Shown: in pieces, positions 1 to 7,804 of the stretch | Layout: each line of letters opens with the position of its first letter | Position numbering within the stretch: position 1 is the stretch's first letter | From: a virus | Taxonomy: Duplodnaviria; Caudoviricetes | Strand: one strand, 5' to 3' | Length of the DNA stretch: 57,989 nucleotides | IMG/VR virus record: IMGVR_UViG_3300012922_000008 | Location: 1-57,989 of that record | Translations under genes and position numbers: made by a program | Notes under the pieces: generated by a model | Seen by the model: only the letters and a program-made list of their open reading frames with translations | What the model was told of the DNA's origin: nothing | The model's database searches: none

Positions 1-26
1 GAAGGAAACTGTGGTACAGCCCATAC

Positions 27-212
27 AAAATTTTAGAAATCATAAAACTTAAACTATAGATAACAAAGAACTTAGCAGGGTCCTATACTCAATATAGATG
101 AAAAGGTAAGTTATTGATAATAATAGAGTTATTTAGTCTGTAAGTTAAACAATTGAAAGGACTTTAAGTTGTTTGTTATCAGTGTGTAAGTTGTTGAGTA
201 GATTGAGGGACT
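27..212. repeat. Cluster of imperfect ~25-bp TAAG-N17-CTTA-like dyad motifs in the AT-rich non-coding left end
   Basis: 50-74 TAAACTATAGATAACAAAGAACTTA; 107-131 TAAGTTATTGATAATAATAGAGTTA; 141-165 TAAGTTAAACAATTGAAAGGACTTT; 165-189 TAAGTTGTTTGTTATCAGTGTGTAA; 27-51 also ends in ACTTA. Confidence 0.5.
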
Positions 213-385
213 AGTTGGTCTGGAAGTATCTTTAGGTAAAATTCCGGTTTTTGCCTAATTCAAACGAATACTCTCTTGTAGAGAGAGATTGGACCTGGGG
301 GAGGGGAGTATTTTAAACTTAGTCTTAGCTATTATAGGTGTAACTATCTATGGGGGAATCCTGATTTCTGGGTTTATTAAGACTT

Positions 386-814
386 GTGTCAAATTTCAAA
401 CTAGACGATTGGCAGCTCGAAGCCGCTGACTTGATGGCCCGGACGGGATGTAGCCTCTCAGGAGCTGTAACTGAACTAGGCCGGATTGAGTCTATTGAGA
501 ATTGTAATAAGATTTTGAAGAGGGCTACGTTTCAGAGAGTCCTATGGGAAGCTAGACATCGGTTTTTTAATGAATTAGGGTCGAATCCAAACTATAAGAA
601 AGAGTCCGCGATTGGGAAGTTATTGAGTTTAGCAGAAAAACTAGAGGTTGAGGGAAAGTTTGATTCGGCTGCTGAAGTGGTTTTTAAGATTGCGAAGATG
701 AATGGTTGGACTGGGCCGGAATCAACTGTAAACGTATTTGGAGATTTGAGTCAGAAAGATATAGATAACATAAGAAAGAAGCTTTCTAAGCCTTCGGAGC
801 TAATTACACATTGA
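386..814 (+). CDS. Putative terminase small subunit
   Basis: 142 aa, helical, two genes upstream of TerL; C-terminal 'KMNGW...TVNVFGDLSQKDID' is typical of TerS-like proteins; mainly a positional call. Confidence 0.5.
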   Translation: MSNFKLDDWQLEAADLMARTGCSLSGAVTELGRIESIENCNKILKRATFQRVLWEARHRFFNELGSNPNYKKESAIGKLLSLAEKLEVEGKFDSAAEVVFKIAKMNGWTGPESTVNVFGDLSQKDIDNIRKKLSKPSELITH

Positions 815-1197
815 GCGTTTCAGTCACACTATCCGGTTCTATTAAAGCTACGGACTCCGTTTCCGGCACAATTGCTTTATCAAAAGTACTTACTGCATTA
901 GTTACCCCTGGAACAGTCTTCTCTGAGGCTAGTGGGGCTACTGTAGGAACTTCTCCTACTGCTATTACTATTCCAGTTAGTCCAGTTACTTTCCTTTACA
1001 TTAAGAATACTCATGCTACTCAGACTCTTACAGTAACTTGGACACCTAATGGAGGAGCAAGTAACGCAGTTATTACTCTTCAACCAGGGTCTTTTATAGC
1101 TTTTGGAGAATCAGTATTAGGGTTGAGCGGAATCACCGCTCTAACAGTTGTCGGGAGTGGAGCTTCAACTTCTTATGAGTTTGTCTTCGGGGGATAA
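811..1197 (+). CDS. Small beta-rich putative virion protein
   Basis: T/S/G/V-rich 128 aa with 'FLYIKNT...TLQPG' pattern. Confidence 0.55.
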   Translation: MSVSVTLSGSIKATDSVSGTIALSKVLTALVTPGTVFSEASGATVGTSPTAITIPVSPVTFLYIKNTHATQTLTVTWTPNGGASNAVITLQPGSFIAFGESVLGLSGITALTVVGSGASTSYEFVFGG

Positions 1198-2716
1198 AAC
1201 AGAGGATGTACTGGCTAGGCTTAATAGACTACCAGAAGAGGAGCGTCTAGCTATATTAGACGCCATGACGGAGAAGCGGCGAAAGAATACTTTTGTTAAG
1301 TATTTTGAGCCCTGGGCGGAGCAGAAGGATGCAATCAGAAAATTTGATAGAACCAAGAAAATCTTCGGACTTCTTGGCGGGAATAGAAGCGGCAAGACCG
1401 TTCTCGGAGCTTTCATCGCCGTTGCCTGGTGCCTTGGAAAAGAGTACTTCAGAGACGAACCTGCTTGGGAATGGGTTAGAGACCTTCCCATCCCAGAACC
1501 ACCTAATAACGTTTGGGTCGTCGGAGTTACGAACAACGTTCTTAGAGACGTTATCTGGTACGAAAAACTACGACATGGCAAGTCTCATCCTGCTTTTTTA
1601 CCGAGCGACGGAGCTATTCGAGATTGTAAAGATGGAGATTTCCAAATCTTCTTCGAAAATGGAAGCCTCCTTACAGGTAAGTCTGCCGAAGCTGGACGTG
1701 ATAAGTTTCAAGGAGCCTCCATCGACCTCGTTTGGCTCGATGAAGAATGCGAACAGTCCATCTTTGACGAATGCTACCAACGAACAGTCGATTGCGCAGG
1801 ACGAATTCTCCTCACTCTTACCCCACTTACAGACATCAACAGTGGAGTCCGAACCCCTTGGGTCTTCGACCTCTACGAAGAGTTCCTTGCAGGAGACGAC
1901 GACTTAGTTTTCTGTCAGCTCTCAACACTAAATAGCCCGTTTGTTCCTGAGGACGAGAAGAAGAAGTTAATCGAAAAGTGGAGTGGAGACCCTGAAGAGG
2001 GCGCAAGATTATATGGGAAGTTCGTTAGGCGTTCTGGTTTGGTATATCCTTGGTGGGACAAATCCAAACACTGTATACGACCCTTTCCCATCCCTAGGTT
2101 TTGGCAACGAATTGTTTCTATTGACCCTGCTGCAACTGGTATTACTGCTGGTATTTGGCTTGCCGTGGATGAACAAGGAAACTACTTCGCTTACAGAGAA
2201 TACTACGAGCGAGACCGAATAGTAAGTGAACACGCAAAAGGCATTAAAATGCGTTGTCAAGGTGAGCCTGTTGACTATTGGCTTCTTGACCCTAAGTGGG
2301 GCAGCCAGCGAGCGGCTGAGAACCACAAGAATGGCGCACAGTTATATCGTGAAGCTGATATTCCAGTTAGACTACCTGAAGTTGGCGAAGATTACGGATT
2401 GGCGGTCAGCAAAGAGTACATTTCCGCAACAGTCACACCCGGAGCGAGACATCCTAAGTTCTTTGTGATGGGGGATTTACCGAACTTTATACATGAAATA
2501 ACCCATTATACGTATGATAGTTGGGCAAAGGGTGAGATGAAGGGGCTTTCAAAAGAGAAACCCCGCAAGCGGAATGACCATTTATTGAATGCTATGCAGT
2601 ATGCAATGTGTTTAAGACTCAAAGGTAGCAAGAAGCGCAGTACTGATATCTTCGGAAACATTGAACAGGACTTAATAACTGCTCAACAGAGACGACAAAA
2701 TAGTAGTTATACCTAG
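1175..2716 (+). CDS. terL: Terminase large subunit
   Basis: Walker A GGNRSGKT, Walker B VWLDEE, coupling motif TLTP, nuclease-domain SIDPA and C-terminal DHLLNA; in-frame ATG at 1175 (ORF track starts at 1148). Confidence 0.95.
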   Translation: MSLSSGDKTEDVLARLNRLPEEERLAILDAMTEKRRKNTFVKYFEPWAEQKDAIRKFDRTKKIFGLLGGNRSGKTVLGAFIAVAWCLGKEYFRDEPAWEWVRDLPIPEPPNNVWVVGVTNNVLRDVIWYEKLRHGKSHPAFLPSDGAIRDCKDGDFQIFFENGSLLTGKSAEAGRDKFQGASIDLVWLDEECEQSIFDECYQRTVDCAGRILLTLTPLTDINSGVRTPWVFDLYEEFLAGDDDLVFCQLSTLNSPFVPEDEKKKLIEKWSGDPEEGARLYGKFVRRSGLVYPWWDKSKHCIRPFPIPRFWQRIVSIDPAATGITAGIWLAVDEQGNYFAYREYYERDRIVSEHAKGIKMRCQGEPVDYWLLDPKWGSQRAAENHKNGAQLYREADIPVRLPEVGEDYGLAVSKEYISATVTPGARHPKFFVMGDLPNFIHEITHYTYDSWAKGEMKGLSKEKPRKRNDHLLNAMQYAMCLRLKGSKKRSTDIFGNIEQDLITAQQRRQNSSYT

Positions 2717-2723
2717 GGCTAAA

Positions 2724-3503
2724 ATGAAAACACTCCTTGCTTTACTTCTTTCTATACTCTTCATAGCAACCCCAATTTCTAGTATTGCTCAGGAAGTAGA
2801 TAGAACTAAGATGAGCAAGTCCCATCAAAGAGCTTTCGATGCTTCATTGGCTGTTTTCATTGATGAAGGTGATGGACCAAGGTTTACGTGTTCAAGCACA
2901 GTTGTTGCACATGTGGCTAGTCAAACTTCAACTTTTCGCAACTCTTATTTGCTTCTAACTGCTGGACACTGTGTGTTAGGTGATGGACGAAGTGCTGACT
3001 CTAAGTATTTTATTGCAGAGGACCTAAATAAGAAAGTCAAGTTTCAGCCAGTTAAGGTTGTAAAAGCTGAAAACGACGACTCTTATGACTTTGCACTGTT
3101 AGAACTTCAAAGCGATAAAGAATATCCGTCTATTAAGATTAGCGATAAGAATGGCTCCCCAGACCTAGAAGACAAGGTTTATGGAGTTAATTTCTCCCTT
3201 GGACTCGCAAAGCAAGTAGCTTTGGGAGTTGTAGCTTCAAAAGAAATGACCGGCGACGCTGAATGTTCACCCTGTAAGGGGCGTTATCTAGTCCATCTAT
3301 TTGAAGCTGCTGGTGCAAGCGGTTCTTCGATTATCGATGAGAAGTCTGGTGAGATTGTTGGAGTGACGGAACTTGGTTTCCCTGGCGCGAATGTTGGATT
3401 AGCTGCCGAGATTATGGATGCCTTTCGAGAATTCCTTAGTAAGCCGGTTGAGACTATAAGCCCAAAAGCCCAAAGCCTTCGAGCAAGTCGGATAGTACAG
3501 TGA
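2724..3503 (+). CDS. Trypsin-like serine protease with N-terminal signal peptide
   Basis: Catalytic triad motifs LTAGHC, DFALL, GASGS; hydrophobic N-terminus. Confidence 0.9.
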   Translation: MKTLLALLLSILFIATPISSIAQEVDRTKMSKSHQRAFDASLAVFIDEGDGPRFTCSSTVVAHVASQTSTFRNSYLLLTAGHCVLGDGRSADSKYFIAEDLNKKVKFQPVKVVKAENDDSYDFALLELQSDKEYPSIKISDKNGSPDLEDKVYGVNFSLGLAKQVALGVVASKEMTGDAECSPCKGRYLVHLFEAAGASGSSIIDEKSGEIVGVTELGFPGANVGLAAEIMDAFREFLSKPVETISPKAQSLRASRIVQ

Positions 3504-3664
3504 TATTGTTCTTCTTAATACCACTTTTCTTCTTTCTCTTGAAGGCCGGTTCAGAACTAGCTTTAATTGTTATTGCGTATGCTGCGCTAAAGTATATTAG
3601 GTTTAAAGTTCCAAGCGGACCGTCAGTGTTTGAGAGACTAAAAAGGGCCTTCAAAGCCTTCTAA
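3500..3664 (+). CDS. Small hydrophobic protein (54 aa, not in ORF track)
   Basis: GTG overlapping the protease stop; reads MILFFLIPLFFFLLKAGSELALIVIAYAALKYIRF...; fills the gap before the next gene. Confidence 0.5.
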   Translation: MILFFLIPLFFFLLKAGSELALIVIAYAALKYIRFKVPSGPSVFERLKRAFKAF

Positions 3665-3685
3665 CCCACCAGGAGAGGGTCATCA

Positions 3686-4315
3686 ATGAAGACTGATAAT
3701 CCTGGTAAGCTTGTTGCTTATTTTGTGAGACACGGTGAGACAGACGGAAACGCAAAGGGACTTTTTCGAGGGGCTTTAGACTTTCCTCTTAGTGCCAAGG
3801 GCCAACATGATGCGTCTCGTCTCGCGGATTACTTCAGCAATACTAATCTTGGTACTGCTTATAGTTCTGATACCGCGAGAGCTAGGACAACGGCTGAAAC
3901 AGTCCTTGAACCAAAGGGCATTACGGCGTCCGAGACACCGGATTTAAGGTCTTGGAATGTTGGTTACTTAGCGGGGCTGTCTAAGTCTGAAAACCAAAAA
4001 GATATTGATTTCTTTCAACATAATAGTGATACAGTAGTTCCAAATGGGGAGTCTCTACATCAGTTTAGAAATAGGGTTCAACCAAGGATTAAGCACTCTA
4101 TTTTAACAGGTATTAAGGACGGGGTTCCTTCAATAACCTTTACTCATTCCAGTGTGGTACAAGAGGTATCACACATGTTACATAATGATTATAAGTTTGC
4201 AAAAGTGAAACCGGGGGGCGTCATTGGCGTCTATAAAAATGGGAACAAACTATCAGTTAAAGCACTCTTCAAACCAAGTACAAAAGGAACCACAAAGCTT
4301 GAACAGGGTATGTGA
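3686..4315 (+). CDS. Histidine phosphatase (phosphoglycerate mutase family)
   Basis: VRHGETD, YSSDxxRAxxTA, PNGES and FTHS motifs; AGGAG RBS upstream. Confidence 0.92.
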   Translation: MKTDNPGKLVAYFVRHGETDGNAKGLFRGALDFPLSAKGQHDASRLADYFSNTNLGTAYSSDTARARTTAETVLEPKGITASETPDLRSWNVGYLAGLSKSENQKDIDFFQHNSDTVVPNGESLHQFRNRVQPRIKHSILTGIKDGVPSITFTHSSVVQEVSHMLHNDYKFAKVKPGGVIGVYKNGNKLSVKALFKPSTKGTTKLEQGM

Positions 4316-4866
4316 TGGTAGGTAGGAAACGTACTAGTAATAGATATGAATACATGAAGTCTTTACGAGATACATGGAAATCTCAGGGACTTTGTACTCA
4401 ATGTGGCAAAAATAAAGCGTTAGAAAATAAAGTAAACTGTTCTTTTTGTAAAGTTCGTACCGCCCAAAATGCTATTAAGCGTCGATTAAAAGAGCGAGAA
4501 TTAGTTTTTAGTCATTATGGTACCATCTGTGTTTGTTGTTTTGACTCTACATTTGAGCTTTTAACTATCGACCATATTAATAACGATGGTAATATCCATC
4601 GAAAAGAATTAAATAACGAAGGTGGAGAACATTTTTATCGTTGGTTAATTAGAAATAACTTTCCCAAAGGGTTCCAAACTTTATGTTGGAGTTGTAATGT
4701 AGGAAAGAGGCTAGGAAAGGGAATATGTCCACATCTAAAGAATGTCGTGGGGAACATCGATTCTTTGCATTGGAACACATTGCAATCGAATCCACAGGTA
4801 AGGTACTTATCCCAATTGTCTGTACGTCCTGTGGAGAACTTAAAGTACATGAAATTCACGCATTAG
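4312..4866 (+). CDS. HNH endonuclease (probable homing endonuclease)
   Basis: CVCC...LTIDHINNDG...LCWSCN; N-terminal CxxC pairs; AT-richer than neighbours. Confidence 0.85.
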   Translation: MMVGRKRTSNRYEYMKSLRDTWKSQGLCTQCGKNKALENKVNCSFCKVRTAQNAIKRRLKERELVFSHYGTICVCCFDSTFELLTIDHINNDGNIHRKELNNEGGEHFYRWLIRNNFPKGFQTLCWSCNVGKRLGKGICPHLKNVVGNIDSLHWNTLQSNPQVRYLSQLSVRPVENLKYMKFTH

Positions 4867-4924
4867 AAAATAAAACAACTAAGGCGTAATATAGAACGAA
4901 ACTTTAAAACAAGGAAAATAAAAA

Positions 4925-5563
4925 ATGGCTATCGCTGCTGCGGCTCTTTCATATCTTGGTCAGCCCTCTTCGGCTGCTCAGGGTCAAATTATAAATAATG
5001 GACTTGGTGGACAGCTCTCTGAAGAGCTGATGGGTATCGCTACTTTCGTGGGAGACGGGGCGACTACTACCGCCACTGTCAACTGGATTGATGGTGTTCA
5101 GAAAATCTTTCAGCGTCCGGTTGTTGTGATTCCAGTTCTTTCTGTTACGGCTCCGGCTACTCTTGGCGGCGTTGCTAACCAGGCCGTTTACTCTGGTGTT
5201 GGTTCATTTAGTCAGTTTAGCAAGGGTCAAACTATTACCTTTGCAGGCTTCTCCAACGCGGGAAATAACGGGGCTTTTGTTATTAACTTGGTGTCCACAT
5301 CTTCAGTTACTGTCACTAATGCCTCTTCGGTTGCTGAATCGAATCCTCAGGCTACTGGTGCGGTCAACTTTGGTGCAGTTCTTCCAGTTGCTCAAGGTTT
5401 TCGTTCTGGTGTAAGCGCAGCTAACGTTGCTGATACGGCTGCGAATACCATCACAGCTTCCATTAACACTATTACGGCTACAGGGGCTCTTGTTACTTTC
5501 TCGGCGGCTCCTGCTAACGCGGCTACTTGTTCCGTGGCGGTTAAACTTGATTCAGTTGTTTAA
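4925..5563 (+). CDS. Putative virion structural/decoration protein
   Basis: A/T/G/S-rich; contains GQTITFAGFSNAGNNGAFVI beta module. Confidence 0.6.
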   Translation: MAIAAAALSYLGQPSSAAQGQIINNGLGGQLSEELMGIATFVGDGATTTATVNWIDGVQKIFQRPVVVIPVLSVTAPATLGGVANQAVYSGVGSFSQFSKGQTITFAGFSNAGNNGAFVINLVSTSSVTVTNASSVAESNPQATGAVNFGAVLPVAQGFRSGVSAANVADTAANTITASINTITATGALVTFSAAPANAATCSVAVKLDSVV

Positions 5564-5589
5564 TCTAAAAGGCATAGGAGAAAACTAAT

Positions 5590-6087
5590 ATGCTTTTTAG
5601 AAATGAAAACCCGGTTCTGGGACCGCTCTCTCAGATTAACGAACTTGGAACTCTTGGTACTAATAGTACCCTTGTCTCCAACAACTTTAAACCAACTTCT
5701 AGGGAGTTTGTAACAGTTACCCAGTTAGCTGCTGCTTCTTTGGCTTCTGATTGGATTTACCAAGCTCCTTGGGCATGTCAGATTATCGCTGTACGCGCTA
5801 ACTTTACAGTTACTTCGACTTCAGGGACTTTAAATATCGTCAAAGTCACTGCTGATGCTGTCGCTCCTACAACTGCTGACAACGGAACGACCGTTCGTAA
5901 TATTGTTAGCGCCCCACTTTCTTTAAGTGGAACTGCCAATACTCGCGTTAACGGTGTTATGAACTCTGCCGCATCTGGACTCCCAACATTCCTTAATGCT
6001 GGTGACCAGCTTGCCTATCAACTTGCAGGAACTCTTACTGGATTGGTTGGTTTGACCTTTCAAGTTGAGTACGCACAAATCGGGTAG
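5590..6087 (+). CDS. Putative virion structural protein
   Basis: AGGAG RBS; beta-rich 165 aa in the structural arm. Confidence 0.55.
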   Translation: MLFRNENPVLGPLSQINELGTLGTNSTLVSNNFKPTSREFVTVTQLAAASLASDWIYQAPWACQIIAVRANFTVTSTSGTLNIVKVTADAVAPTTADNGTTVRNIVSAPLSLSGTANTRVNGVMNSAASGLPTFLNAGDQLAYQLAGTLTGLVGLTFQVEYAQIG

Positions 6088-6174
6088 CCCATAAACCTAC
6101 CTCTACCTCTGGAGCCGTCTCGGAGATAGGTGAAATATGAGTTATCAGTGACGGCCACCCTTTAGAAGTTAAAT

Positions 6175-6248
6175 GTTATCGTAGTTTAACGTAAAATACG
6201 AAGCTTGTACCTTCGCAGATGTTGGTTCGAGTCCAACCGATAGCTCCA
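6175..6248 (+). tRNA. tRNA-Thr(UGU)
   Basis: Acceptor GTTATCG/CGATAGC plus T-CCA; anticodon arm CGAAG-CTTGTAC-CTTCG; T arm GTTGG-TTCGAGT-CCAAC. Confidence 0.92.
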
Positions 6249-6254
6249 TCTTAT

Positions 6255-6590
6255 ATGTTACTATTCCTAGCCTTTACATACTTCGCCCTATGTACTTTCG
6301 ATAGCTGGATTACGCGAAAACGCCTAATCCACTATGGACCGCAGGTCGAAGGGAATGAAGTTATTAGGAATCTTTCCACCAAAATGGGTCCTGAAGTAGC
6401 GACGTATGTAGGTATCATCCTACCTTCAATACTAATAACCCTTGTTTTAGTAGCTATAAACTGGCCTATTGCTCTTTCAGGACTTATCGGATACCGAGTT
6501 AGAATGTTCGTTAATCAATTTCAAAGTCTTCAGTTTGAAAAAGAAGCACGTAGGATTAAGGAAAATATTAATCGAAATTCCCAAGAGTAG
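6255..6590 (+). CDS. Small membrane protein (DUF5658-like)
   Basis: Three hydrophobic segments and D..IT...E.N pattern; start moved to ATG 6255 because 6219 lies inside the tRNA. Confidence 0.6.
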   Translation: MLLFLAFTYFALCTFDSWITRKRLIHYGPQVEGNEVIRNLSTKMGPEVATYVGIILPSILITLVLVAINWPIALSGLIGYRVRMFVNQFQSLQFEKEARRIKENINRNSQE

Positions 6591-6659
6591 GCTTCACCCT
6601 CCAAGCCTCAACGGGTAACCCCGTTCCCTCTCCTCTTGGGAACCTTTTATAGAAACAAT

Positions 6660-6992
6660 ATGAGTCTTTATTCAAAACGCGATGCAGAGAAGCTTGCTTC
6701 AGAAGCCTTAGACCCTAATAAGGTACTGCTTACTTGTGGGATTCATCAATGGACGTACAATTCTAAAAATAAATACGGTAAACCAATCCCGCCTGTATTC
6801 AGGTGCAAGCAATGTCAAATGGTATCATTCATGGGTCTAATAGCTAATACCCCTCCTGACAGACGCCAAGAGACAGTTGAAATGCTTGAATATTCTATTC
6901 ATAAATTAATTGAAGCTGAAAAACGGGGTGAGTTAGACAAAACTACTCTCTTTAAGAGACCCGAAGTTTCAATTGAGCGAGACGTAAATTAA
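6660..6992 (+). CDS. Hypothetical protein with possible Zn site
   Basis: CGIH...CKQC; in-frame ATG at 6660. Confidence 0.55.
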   Translation: MSLYSKRDAEKLASEALDPNKVLLTCGIHQWTYNSKNKYGKPIPPVFRCKQCQMVSFMGLIANTPPDRRQETVEMLEYSIHKLIEAEKRGELDKTTLFKRPEVSIERDVN

Positions 6993-7763
6993 ATGCCAAC
7001 CTTCTTTCAAGATGAAATTAATGTTGATATCGTTCAACATACACCGCGTATTGCTCCAGTTTTAGGTCGGGCCAATAGCCCTACTAACGGTGCAATATGG
7101 TATGATAGTGCTTCAAACGCCTTTCAAGGAGTTGTTAATGGTGTTGTAGCTGCTATTGGGGGAGCAGGGGCTCCTGTTTTTAGCGCTATTACTCCAGGAA
7201 CAAATACTGGAGCTTTAGTTATTGGTACGGGGGGTTCATTAACCCCGAGTGGAACAGGAACGATCACGCCTAGTTTTCCGATATTGGCTCCCAATGGGAC
7301 CGTTAGCGCACCTTCGTTTAGTTTTTCATCGTTTCCGAACTATGGAATGTATGCTCCTGGAGGAAATCTTGCCATCGCTGTAGCTGGTGCACAAGCAATC
7401 CTTATAAGCGGCGGGGGTATTGTTACTGACCGTACCTTTTCGGCTCCTCTTTATGGAACGACATCAAATTGTTCCTCTAGTGCTTCTCCTGCCGTTTGTG
7501 GTTCCGCTACAGCAGGAAGTTTTGTTCTACCCGCCGCTGCGACAACAGTTACGGTTAATACAACAGCCGTAACGGCAAATTCTCAAATTTTCGTTATTGA
7601 AGACGACTCGCTTGGGACAAAGTTAAGCGTGACGTGCAACACAGCGACAGCGGTACCGGAGCCTAATATCACGACACGTGTAGCGAGCACTAGTTTTTCT
7701 ATAGCTGTTACTGTTGCGCCAGCGACTAATCCAAAGTGTTACAGTTATTTTATAGTGAATTAA
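6993..7763 (+). CDS. Short fibre/appendage protein
   Basis: G/T/S/A-rich; 'APNGTVSAPSFSFSSFPNYGMY' fibre-type motif; N-terminus shared with the next gene. Confidence 0.7.
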   Translation: MPTFFQDEINVDIVQHTPRIAPVLGRANSPTNGAIWYDSASNAFQGVVNGVVAAIGGAGAPVFSAITPGTNTGALVIGTGGSLTPSGTGTITPSFPILAPNGTVSAPSFSFSSFPNYGMYAPGGNLAIAVAGAQAILISGGGIVTDRTFSAPLYGTTSNCSSSASPAVCGSATAGSFVLPAAATTVTVNTTAVTANSQIFVIEDDSLGTKLSVTCNTATAVPEPNITTRVASTSFSIAVTVAPATNPKCYSYFIVN

Positions 7764-7804
7764 ATAGCACCACAACATCAAATGGTTAATGAAACAGTAG
7801 GCTA

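Noticed and set aside
6175-6248. Phage tRNA-Thr acting as initiator for the ACG start
   Set aside because: It lacks initiator features: G1-C72 is paired and there are no three consecutive G-C pairs in the anticodon stem
6219-6254. N-terminal extension of the membrane protein
   Set aside because: Lies within the tRNA T arm and acceptor stem
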